Positions 10,201-21,900 of a stretch of DNA of 64,000 nt are shown here, one piece after another. The DNA is from Bugula neritina (taxonomy: Eukaryota > Animalia > Bryozoa), in NCBI GenBank assembly GCA_964035545.1, contig OZ037766.1, positions 9,476,722 through 9,540,721 of the forward strand. The letters run 5' to 3'. Each line of letters opens with the position of its first letter. The first letter of the stretch is position 1. The translations under genes and the position numbers were made by a program. Under the pieces are notes generated by a model. It was given only the letters and a program-made list of their open reading frames with translations, did not search any database and had not been told where the DNA came from.

Positions 10201-13200
10201 GGGCCTGGCTTTCTACACGAGCCAGATTTGACTCACATGCTAACCACTCGGAACAAATTTGATATTCCTAGTGATGACAACTTAGTTAGGAGAGTTAGGC
10301 TTAGCATAGCTGATGCAGAAAAGTTAGACAGAAAGGGTAGAAGAATAAAATCAGAAACACAGCTTGAGAGGCCAATTCAAAAACTAATCTTCTTGTTTAG
10401 GCCCTCATAAATTTGATACGTGCCCTAAATGAATTAGAACCTACTGAAAGTTAATTTTTTTTTAATCAGTTTAGTTAATTTCCCTGAGTGAAATTAAAGG
10501 GGGGAGTGTAAAGGATCTAACAAAGAAGCATGATAGCCCTTGTTACAAATACCACTAGAACTTTTATTTTTAGCTTTTAATGGTGATATTTGTTATTATT
10601 AGATAGTTCATTCTCCTGTGCAGCAGTCAGCTGCCTAATAATAGGTAAAGCCTAACCGCCACCTTTGTTGAAGTCAGCTTTTAGGGTTTGACAGGAACTG
10701 ATCCATCTTCCTTTATGAGGTCATTACATGTGCCCCATAGTTAGCTGACCCTAATTATAGCTAAATTTAGATGTAATTACCTTTTCTTTGTGATTGCCCT
10801 GGTATTTAAGGCAGCATTGAAACTCCAAAAAGACAGTCACTCATGTAGCCTAAGCTGAGCTACTTATTTTGTTAAGTTAAGTGACAAAGAGCTAAATTTT
10901 GAAGATATTATAGCAAGCTCGTCAAGAGAATAAAGGTATTTTATTATTATTCTTTGCTATTTTTAACTTGATAATGCTTTATGTCTTTTATTACAATTTT
11001 TATTGCTGTTATATTTTAATATTATATCGTGATGTTTGCTGGTATTTGAACAACTGTATTGTATGAGTTTTAGCACACCTATATGTATTCTTTATGTTAC
11101 TTGTAGTTTTTACGATTTAGAAGAAAATTAATAAAAGTGAGAGATTTGTTAAAACTTCTTCTCAGTCCGTACCAAAACCATTTTTGTGGCGAGACCTTGC
11201 TCAACACCATCTTTAATGGAAAAAAGGATGAATATGTATATAATGTGTAGAGTATACAATGTTATAATACAAAGCATCACAACGTAACAGTGCATACCAT
11301 ATATAACTAGAGTGGGGCTGTCACAGTTTCACTTTGAAGCAAATTGAATTCTTTCAGATGCCCATCCAATGGATACGATGAAAATCCGGCTGCAGTTAGA
11401 CAATGAGCTCTCAGCTAAAACTAATAACATATTTAAAGATAGATACTACAAAGGAATACTTAGAGGTTGTTACAGAGTGGTTAATGAAGAAGGTATTAGG
11501 GCTCTATACAGAGGGTAGTATATGTAGAAGTAACAAATACTCTATCTGCACCAACAGCTCTGAGTTTTAAGGCTTCCATGAGTAATGATTTTGAGCCCTT
11601 ATTTTCACATTATGTATCAATTTTATTATTTGTTTCAAGGCTTTGCAATATGGCTCCACATCAAGTTTTAGCTTACATACAGGTTGAGTTTTAGAGCAAT
11701 TATAATTTTAAAGTTTAGCTAAAGCTTTTATGGTATTCTTAAAACATGTGGCAAATCCTGAGTGATTGCTACTCTCATACTCAACAGAGGTTTTTAAGAT
11801 AAATCTTCTCCTTGTAGTCTTACTGCTTCCATGCTCCGTGAAATCACATATAGTTCTATAAGAAGTGGCTTCTACGAGCCAATCAAAGTTCTTCTTGGTG
11901 GAACAGACAGACACCACACCTCCATGCATGTAAAGATAGTAGCTGGAGCCACTGCAGGTTATAGATACTGTCTTAAATAAAATTATAATCATAAAGAAAG
12001 AGAACTCTCAGCATTACCGCTTCTTGAACTTTTCAGGATTACTTGGAAGTGCATTTACCACTCCAACTGATATACTGAAAGTGAGGCTACAAGCCGATGG
12101 TATTAGAAAGAAGCCGAGATTATACAGAAACACTTTAGACTGTTTTCTACAACTTTATAAACAGCAAGGGTTTACAGGGTTGTTCACTGGTGCTACACCC
12201 AACATGATGAGAGCAGTTTGCCTTACCTCCATGCAGGTGAAGTAAACTATCTATAATTTTCTACATGTAATTCAAAGCTCAATTAAATAATAATTCAGCT
12301 CTATGCTATAATGTCCGTAGTTCCCAGTATATGATCACACTAAGCATACTCTACTCAACTACAACATTCTGCATGAAGGCTTTCCTCTACACTTGGTGAG
12401 CTCAGTGACAGCAGCATTAGCGGCAGCGGTAGTCAGTAACCCAGCAGATATCATTAAAACCAGAATAATGAATCACAGGCTATCAGGTGAGCTCCTAGGC
12501 TACATTTAGTTCATCAATTTTAATGTTTTTAAAAACTGTTCCACCAAATTTTATTAAAAAGTACTATAGGCCTATACTAAATCATACATCATTATTTCCA
12601 CTGTTCAAATTGTTAAATGAAAGTAAATTTTATGTGTAATGTTTGTAGCTTCTTGTTTTCTACAAAAAGCCTACTTTTCACTTCAACCTTACAGATTTTG
12701 TTGATGCTGCTTTAATATGATAGAGTACTACTAGAAAAATCTAATTTGGTTCTCTAAAATAGTTGCATGCAGTTTGCCGGCAGCAATAACTGTAGGAATA
12801 GAGTAGTATATACTATTTTATTAATCAAATTGAAAACATTTTGTGATAGAAAATAATGGCTAGATACTTTATTGTGAGCGTATGAAATACAAAAAGTAGG
12901 TGAATTTTTGACCATTTAGCACTTCATAGCATGAAAAGGTTGCAGCTCATTTCTATTTAAACTTTGCTATTAGTAGTGTTACAGACCAAAAATATATAGT
13001 ATTCATCTGTGACATGCATGTCATAAAGCCTAGACGTTAACAACAAGTTATGCCATCACCAGCAAAAGGTTTTACTTTGCACATTATCATTGTTTACATC
13101 TCCCCTTGATTTCTTATCAAACATCTTTTACTGACATTATTAGACCTTTATTTAACCTCTCAATAGTGCATTGTGATCTATTATCTATCACATTGCTTTT

Positions 13201-15977
13201 ATTATCAGTTGATTTATCATCATCGTATATCCACCACGCTGTATCACCATAACCTGTATCACCACTGTCGGTATTACCATTATCACCCTCATCATATTCC
13301 GTATCACCATCATAATTAAGTAGCTGAATTTCTATTTCAGTCATCACCAACATAAATTTCACTAACACTATTAATTGCCAGTATCTGTTGAGTAAGAGTA
13401 AGCCTAGGGCCACACGGTGCGTATTTTCGCATGCAAAAATTGAAATCACAAGTAGCAAAGGTGTCCACTGTAGCGTCAGTGATGCGTGATAAATAAAGCT
13501 TTCATTTTTAAATCGCACTCGCTTTCAATAAAATGCAATTTACTGGAATGTAGCACTAAAATAAAGAAATTGGGCTTGCTGAATAACTACTAGCCAATTA
13601 GGTGACGACGACAGAGACGATTCGCACTTGCGTTGAAAATGCTGAGCGACAAGTGCGAATGTTTTCTCAACGCACACAGTGGACACCTTTGCTACTTGTG
13701 ATTTCAATTTTCACATGCGAAAATACGCACCGTGTGGCCCTAGGCCCGTAGAGCCACACGACGCGCGTGACGTGCGAGAAAACCCGTTTAGACCTGCCAC
13801 ACACAATGCGTGAGCTGTGGATGCGTAAATTTATTAGCTAATGATCTTGGAGTTTAACTTTACTGCTCGCCTACAGACGTTTGTTTTTAAACTACGTCAT
13901 CGGCAAGATATTATAAAAGCGGAAATGCAAACAATATGAAACTATTTTAATTCAGTTCGCTTAAAGCTAAAAAAGTGTGCTCGCTAAATGATAATAAGCC
14001 AATTAGATCAAACACGCACGAGCTTATCGCACTTTTCGCTCAGCGAGCAAATCGCGTCTTGTGGCCCTACGCTTACAAACTCTCATATCACTAATAGTAA
14101 AGTCAGCTGTCACAACTGTGTAGGCTGCCGGATACCAAAGAAGTTACTTTTCCTATCTGCTAAGATATTGTACATATTCTGAAACTGAAGGTTTTACATA
14201 CACCACATCATAAATGGATTTAAATTAGTTTCCAGAAGCATTTGGTAAACTAGAACAGTGTTTCGGAACCATACTATCATACTTGCACCAGTATACCATC
14301 TCCTAAACACTTATACCTGATTGGGCCATTATTCTTTTGATCGTCCAATGATATCATTGCATGCCAGATGCTCTGTCTTAACAGGCTCGAAGTTCCATTC
14401 CCAGACATATATGTTTGCTTTCTGACTTTAGTAGCACAGTCCACTGTCTGATAACCACTTTTTTAGTGCACCTCTTTTCAGAAATACAACTCTTAAGCAA
14501 CACTTTCCACCATAATGTTCTGCACAATTTCCATAAGACAGACTTGCTAGGCCCTAGCTCTAAGGTAAGGAGCTCCATTGTAATATGTTATACCAGTAAC
14601 AAGTATAGACCCAAATCTCTCTAGTGTAGACTTTGTGCTCAAACTTTTCTATCCACACAGAACATTTTTCAGATGTATTATAAGCCGAATAATAATTAAT
14701 AATGTTCAAGAACTCCATATTTTTCACTGCTGAAATAGCTTGTGAGAATATAGTACTTTATGTACAAATTTTTATTACAGACCAGTGTTGAATAATGTAA
14801 TGGCCAAAAATCACAACTTTTTTTTGTAAAAATTCTGTCCCCACCAGTGAATCAAACCGCAGTCTTCTAACTTGCAAGTCAATGTGCTAACCATTAGGCT
14901 AAGGGGGGGGGGGGGGGGAGGGAATTGCAACTCCTCAACTTTCGTTCAAACTATGTAGTGTTACTAACAACATAGAGTATCTGTAACAAAAGGACATAAA
15001 GCTTATAGACATTAGCAAAAGTGGCTATTATCTACTAAAAGCTTTGTTTTGCATTATCTCCACAATAACAGCATTTGAAAATTTACAAGTAAGGAAAGAT
15101 AACTTCCAAATATTCCTTTCCAAAGTTTTCAAAAACTATATCTCATTTCTTTGTAATACTTGTAGATTTTGTTGTAGGGAGATCAACCATTAATATCGAG
15201 CTTTTACCTGCAGTAGTAGTGCCCTGATTATCATTAGGCAGCCAAGTTGGCATCTGCAGTTAAACACAACTTTAACAACATTAAGCAGTATCATTACTTG
15301 TTACTCCCTTTTTACTTGAAGCAAGTTATATATTTTAAAACATGATAAATTAAAAATTGCTGCTCTTGTAAAACAGTAAAATATTGAATACAAACTTATG
15401 AAAACATAGTGATGAAAATTCTACAATTATAAAGTTGCGGGAAAAATTTATATCTGCAAATTTCATATCCTAAAAAGTAAATATTTTCTGACTGCTTATA
15501 GGTTTAAACATTTATAAATTATAATGTTGGTTTTCTATATTAAATTATAATATAATTTTTTCATCCTTAAAAGGCACGCAAATGATAGGCTATAAGACTT
15601 GTAAACATTATGTTTAACTGCTGCTATTGAGTCGATGAATATTTATATTTTCAACTGTCTTATTACTCAAGCAAATAGTACTTAAATTGTATTAAAAATG
15701 ATAAAAATATGAGCTTGGCGATAATCTTTCATTGCAGCTCAGCTACAGATGTAAACTGATCAATGCTTGTTTTTATTCTATCACTCTATTTCTCTTGTTT
15801 GTAGAATCTAAATACACTTCACCAGTTGATGTTCTAACAAAGACCTTGAAGGCAGAAGGACTTCTGGCTTTATTCAAAGGAACCACGGCGAGTTGGATGC
15901 GGTTGAGTGCTACATTCTCTATCGGCTTCCTGGTGTTTGAACAGCTAAGGGCCTTGTGTGGAGTGGATCCAATTTAA
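4219..15977 (+). CDS. SLC25 mitochondrial carrier, UCP/DIC/OGC-like, copy B (6 exons, ~309 aa)
   Basis: Exons 4219-4312, 11358-11514, 11818-11957, 12037-12236, 12321-12486 and 15805-15977 join in frame (930 nt). Intron positions and phases match copy A. Motifs PMDTMKIR, PTDILKVR, PADIIKTR. Confidence 0.9.
4668..5367 (+). repeat. 5' LTR
   Basis: Starts TGTAAAGG, ends CTCAACA, contains AATAAA at 5291; direct repeat of 10507-11206. Confidence 0.97.
5908..10410 (+). pseudogene. BEL/Pao gag-pol polyprotein, disrupted
   Basis: Gag zinc knuckles CIFCDMSNHEIDEC, CFQCLKANHIKAQC and CKKCQGKHPTSMH. Protease AMLDTMSDTTFI. In-frame TAA at 8776-8778, after which the same frame continues as [28 protein letters not shown] YVDD. 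RNase H HHFSDAS, WTDS and NPADIASRG. No integrase core; the protein ends with the BEL C-terminal LERPIQKLIFL. Confidence 0.93.
10507..11206 (+). repeat. 3' LTR
   Basis: Follows the PPT; no differences from the 5' LTR seen by eye. Confidence 0.97.
13402..13745. mobile_element. MITE with ~70-bp terminal inverted repeats (PIF/Harbinger-like)
   Basis: GCCTAGGGCCACACGGTGCGTATTTTCGCATG...GTAGCAAAGGTGTCCACTGT at the left end is mirrored by ACAGTGGACACCTTTGCTAC...CATGCGAAAATACGCACCGTGTGGCCCTAGGC at the right; preceded by TAA. Superfamily assignment is inferred from the termini. Confidence 0.85.
13746..14072. mobile_element. Second, related MITE abutting the first
   Basis: CGTAGAGCCACACGACGCG ... 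CGCGTCTTGTGGCCCTACGC inverted termini, followed by TTA. Confidence 0.75.
14839..14901 (-). mobile_element. tRNA-derived SINE head (family A)
   Basis: Reverse complement TAGCCTAATGGTTAGC...CTTGCAAG...GGTTTGATTC...GGTGGGG has A-box and B-box-like motifs; a related copy lies at 57055-57121. Confidence 0.55.
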
Positions 15978-18900
15978 ACATAATATTATACTCTTATAAC
16001 AAGCATTGTTGGTTTGATGATGTTGCATGTTTTACAGAATAAAATGGACTGATTCTATAATGCTGTAAAGTTGTATAATTGGAAGTTTACAAAATGTAGA
16101 AGCAGTTGTGCTTAAATACACTTCCGATCCGGCTATAAAATTTGAGTTCACGCATAATATTACGTATATGCAGCTGCACTCTTTAACTATTGCTCAATTT
16201 GTTGTGCTTATATAATCAATATATTTCATAGCAATAATACTGCTATTATTTGCTTTTGCTTGCTGCGACTCAGCTATCTATAATAGCAATATTGCATTAA
16301 ACAATTATTATGTTATATATGAACTATATAATTAATGTATATCAATGTTATTTATTAGGTTTTCATATACCAACAACAATTCCTAGCATAATTATAAATA
16401 CAATTTTGTCACCTCCTAGAAAAAAGTCTTTTATGGTCAAACTGTCGATGTATGTAGAATTTACTAACAAATCTGCACATTGAACCATAGAACTGATCAA
16501 GAAACTAGAGCCACGCTTAACTAGACTCAATCCTGCCAGCTCCAAATACAGTATTGTATTTATAGTTGGTTGTGATAAAAATTTGCTTTAGACAATTAAA
16601 AACTATAAAGCACTTATTTGAACAGTTGAGCTTTTTTAATTATGTTTATCAATTACTTGTGAGGCATTTTATTAAATTAGTCATTGAAATTACTTCTGAT
16701 TTAGGTTTAGAATGTTAGCAAATTTGTTAGGGAACTGGGTGCCTTAATTTAGAAAACGAAATGACCATTTAACACTGATGTTTTTGGGCTTTGTTTAGAT
16801 GCTTTCACATGTAGACACTCGGACAAGATATGCACTAATTAAAGCAAAATTAGCATATAACCTGAGGTGATAATATGCTGTCTAAATGTCAGGAAAGTGT
16901 AATAAAACTGTGTATGGTTGAGAAGTAAACACAATCAAGAAGCTAAGAAGTGAAGCTAAGCATGAGTACCAAAAATACCCTTTTGAGCTATATTCAGTAC
17001 ACTTTCTTTTGTATCGGTTAAACTATTCTCAGTGTTTTATTTATTATGTAAATAAGTAAATTCAACAGATTGTTTCTGACTGCATATAATATTATTGTTT
17101 ATAAATTTTTCACCACACTGATTTTAAAGGCAGCTTTATAGTATTACAGCATGCACAGCCCCACAGTACAATAGTATGAACATGTGAATTAGTGAGCCAG
17201 TTTAGTTTAAATAAAAACTTAGCTCCATGACAAAAACAGTAACAAAACTTAAAAAGGCTATCCATTTGCACTCTCAAGCTGGCAGATTAAGTTAAGGTGA
17301 GTTGCTTTTATAGAATTAAGACTATGCGAGATTTAAAATTTTTTAATCAACTTTAAATATTTGACAAGTATGCACACCTCCATGCACGCTATATACCGAA
17401 AGTAGATAATCATTTTTATTTGCTTAAACATCGTAAGCATCCAGGTTATTTTGATAAAATCAATTACTGTTAATTAAAAGATCATACTTTTTTAGTAGCA
17501 TTCACAAAATATATACAAAAAATCTCAACTCAATATACCAGAAAAAATGAATTAAAATATATGTGTTAATAGCACTGATATTGACGTGACCGTGGCACAT
17601 GAAAAATCTGAAAAAAGAGTTGTCTTCTTTTTTTCTATATTAATATATAGAGCTTGTCGTGAAAATAAAGATTTTTTTAAAAAAATATTGTGACCCTCTG
17701 GTAACTTCCTGAATTTAGAAAATTAGCTCATATATTTCTTTTCATGTGGACAACAGCTCACTTTTTTTTAAATTTATTTTGAAGCTCTTTTCGTAAAAAA
17801 TAATCAAAAGTAAAAAATCCAAAATTTTTACAAATTGGTTCGGGGCTTGACGTGAAAGGCATTTGGACGAAGATGTCAAGGTCACCATTAATAAATTTAT
17901 TTCATCACAATTCACAATACTGCACGGAAAGTTAATGAAGTGAGCTGAAAATTAGGTTGCTAGCATATTGAATTTGATATACATTATATTGATTGTTGCA
18001 GTATTATTTTTGAAATTTGTTTTATCAGTTATGTTTAACTTCTTCATAGAGCTGCTGTTAGACTAAGAGTAAGACATAATATTAGCAACAATGATAATAT
18101 TAATAATAATATTTTATTATTTATATTAAATTAAAATTATTATTAAATTCACGGTGAAGTATCACTATCACTATGAGTATGAGTATCGTATAAATTAATT
18201 ATGAGTATGAGTATCACTATGACATTAACTCAATCAATGATTGACTATTACTATGAATATGAATATGGCTTCTAATTCTTGTAACTTTTGACTATGACGA
18301 TGCTGATACTGATAATCACTGCCAGCCCAAGTCTCATACTCATAGTGATACTATTAGTATTAATAATTAGTATTACTATTAGTACAACTACTAGTATTAC
18401 TCATAGTTCTGATAATGATGCAGATGATAGTTTTAAAAGTTCTACTTCTACTTTTATAGTAAGCTAGATTGTATATGTTGAGCTCTACTCATTTTTTACT
18501 ACTAATTTGCTAATACTAATACTAATAGTAATAGTAATACTAATAATAGTTATAGTTGTTATAATGATAGTAATACTAATAGTAATAATAACTATTTCAA
18601 TTTGATAATTTATGTTTTATAACAGCATTATCGCTTATCATTTACATTGGTTCATAATATGCTTATTTTAATTTTGCTTTGTGTGTTTTGTCATGTTGTA
18701 AATTTAAGTTCGTATGGTTATTTAATGAACTAGAGAACTAGCCAAATGTTATGTAACGGTTGCAGTAATTTACTATAAACTCAGTGAAATTTAAAACCTA
18801 ATTGATATTACTATGACATTGATTGTACAGAGGTAGCTAAAATATACATTAAATTACCAATAATTTTAATTCGCCAATACACTATGAGTAGAACAATCAA

Positions 18901-21900
18901 ATGCAATGATAGAAAATTAATTAGTCATAGCAGCCCGTTGCTTGAGGAACATTGAGCTACAGGTCTAAAATGATGTAGTTTTGTGATCCCTTATATAACA
19001 AAATAATCTTTTCAAACTGGTTTAATACTTTTATTATAAACACGCTTATCAAAGTAACATGTTTTTGATGTATATTCTATTAAAAAAGCAATCACATCAG
19101 GTTTTCAATTTGTATGTTGTACAAAGTTTATTATGGTGACAAGTTACTAAATTATATGGTTCAGCTTTGTAAAGTAAAGCTGATAAAATAAAAACAATTA
19201 TGTGATTGTTTTACTGCTATATGTTAAATTTAAATGAGTTGAATAATATCCTAGTGCAGTGAATTAGATATTTTTTTAGCTTTGGTACACCTGTTTGTTA
19301 TAGGCTAACATTCCACCAATAGAAGAATGGTGCAAGTAGAAGAAATTTCAGGCGCAGAAAGCTAAGGAGCAGTCAGAATGCTGCCAGAGTTGTGAAGAGG
19401 CACTTGAAAAAGCTGAATTTCAATAATGACATGAAATTCGTAACAGATCACCCTGGTGTATTTGAACTGACATGGCCAGCAGAGTTCTCGAAGTCACATA
19501 CAACAGCTATTTACATCATCATGGTTAGCTTAAATTTAATTCCTATATCAGTCTCTAATATATAGTTTGATATCTGCTGTAAATTTGCTTAAGGAGCATA
19601 CACATAACCAAAACTGAGTTACACTATAGTATTTGTTCTTGAATATATTTACCAAGATAAGTAGATTTGCTAATTCATTAACAGTAAAATTATAATGATA
19701 CAACAATTTTTCTTTTAGATGATTCAATCAATAACACAAGACAGTACAACATGGTTTTGCAGTTATACAGTATTAATTTTCTGGCTCTTTCCAAATCTTC
19801 ATAGAAGGCAAAGAAAACCACCGTCAGCTTGCCTTTATAACTGAGTGCAAGCTTCTTCCACCTACAGATGATGATAAACAATTTGCTGATGTGGAACTTT
19901 CTAATTTTGTTTACAATGAAGATAGATTATAGGACATTATTCTTTATGTAAAGATTGTCAAGTTTTGTTATAATTAAGAACAGTTTTAGTTTCAATAAAT
20001 CAGTTCAACATTATGGACATCATTGCACAAACATTTTAATCTTTACTACCTACAAAGGTATCTGATGGACTACTTGAAAATACAAAACTATGCTCCAGAT
20101 ACACAATGAACTGACCAGCAAAGTTAAAATGAGTTGGAGATGTAGAACATAATATCTTGTTCAAGGCTTTTCCCTGCTGTTGGAACCTTCTACTTCAGAA
20201 CACTGAATTGAACAAACATATGTAGATATATAAAACTTTGCAAACAATGATAATGTGAAATTAGTTGCTAAGTATTACATTGCTAATAAATACAGCATTG
20301 TGTAATGTTTTATTTAATTTTTTTTGAGCCATTTGATCTATAGGCCTGCATAGTATTTACTATATTATAACTAATAAATTGCAGACACATTATGTCAGAC
20401 CAGTTTCCATTTAAATAGAATCGTGTAGGCTATCAAATTTGTAGAAGTAAAAAACCGAATTCTTATTGAGTAAAATACTTGCCTTTTTTTCATGATGCCT
20501 CTACTGCTAAAAAGAGAAGTTTTTATCAATACAGCTCCATCAATCTGTATCCTGATGAAGCTAGTAGTTTAGGAACATTTGTGGCGGGGAGTGTAGGCTG
20601 AGCTGCAGTATAGGAAGAACCCCAACATATGTAATCTATTCAGCACATTATATGTATATTTATTCAAAAAAGAATTTAGAAAACGCTTTATGAAGCATGA
20701 ACAAAGTAAAAATTAATGCTGGTGAAAGTAATATTATTACACCCATTAGAATTACTAGCAGCTATAGCATTAAAATTATGTATTTTCATAAAAATGTGTC
20801 TAATTTATGCTACAAAGTTATTACTGCCAAAGGTTACAAAATTTACCAGTCACATTCATGCAGCTGGCGGAGAATAACTAACTTTCACATGCAATAAATA
20901 CAATTAGTAGCTCAATCTAAAACTAATGCGCTATTAAATGTTAGGAGTATAAGTTATAGTTATTCTAAGGAATAATTGCAAAAAAGTTACTTAGAGGAAT
21001 TTAACTCTTATTATAATGTAATTATCTTCCAAGATATATTACAACATCACTACTTGGATGCATACAATGTCATATTTATATTGGCATCAACATAATTTTC
21101 AATAATTTCCAATCTATTAACTTGAGCATTATGATTGTGATTATTTTATAAATAAGGCGATGATTAGGCACTGTTGGTATTTTGGTTCAATTTATTAATA
21201 GCTGTAACAGGCAGAGTTGTAAATATAATGGATATATCAAAATTCCAATGGGTATAGTACTCTAACACAACATTGATACTAATAATTGTAGCCACTTACT
21301 CTTAGAGTTAGTGAATAATGATACAGTCATAACAATCTGAATTTCAATCAGAATTAGAGATAGGCTGACTGCTTTATAATATTATAGTTATGTCAAATTG
21401 AATTTATTCACTATAACTATACAATTTATGATTATAATTATAAATTAAAATAATTTAAATATTATATAATATATTGATAATTATTGGAATCATAATTATA
21501 TTTATTGTTATGATCATTATGATTATAATTATTTAATATTATCTTTGTTTGTATTTAAAGTTGTTCCTTAAATTTAAAGTTGTTTAAATTTTATAAATTT
21601 ATTATAATTATATTACTGTATAAGTATTGCTATTAGTATTAGTATAATTAAATTATTATAATTTATATTTTATTATTTATATTATTATTTATTTTACTTT
21701 TTATTTTAAGACCAGCAGTTCAAATTAATACTTGTGTCGTTTGTTTTATATTATAACTTACAAGTATAACTATTAACATAATAATTTTACATTTGTTATT
21801 AGTATTACTATGAATATAAATATTTATATTAATATAAATATAGCTATTGGTATAACTTATACTTATAGTTATAACTAATATTATAAGTAATAGTTTCGAA

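Larger units (their letters stand above)
4668..11206 (+). mobile_element. BEL/Pao LTR retrotransposon, non-autonomous (integrase deleted), in intron 1 of carrier B
   Basis: 700-bp LTRs TGT...ACA at 4668-5367 and 10507-11206. 5-bp TSD CCATC at 4663-4667 and 11207-11211. PPT AAAGGGGGGAG at 10496-10506. Gag-PR-RT-RNase H domain order with BEL motifs. Confidence 0.97.

Noticed and set aside
13117-13518. 133-aa Asp/Gly-rich ORF on the - strand
   Set aside because: Starts inside a MITE and runs through low-complexity GTATCACC repeats in an intron; no splice or homology support.
14839-14901. Possible tRNA-Cys(GCA) gene (also 57055-57121)
   Set aside because: Acceptor and T stems do not pair properly and the B box is degenerate; better explained as SINE heads.
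17560-17940. Possible piggyBac/TTAA-type MITE ending CACGGAAAGTTAA
   Set aside because: No matching left terminal inverted repeat could be identified.
20550-20580. CTGATGA followed by a short hairpin, as a second hammerhead
   Set aside because: No GAAA core or stems I/III; other CTGAnGA hits I noticed (37063, 59925) fail likewise.
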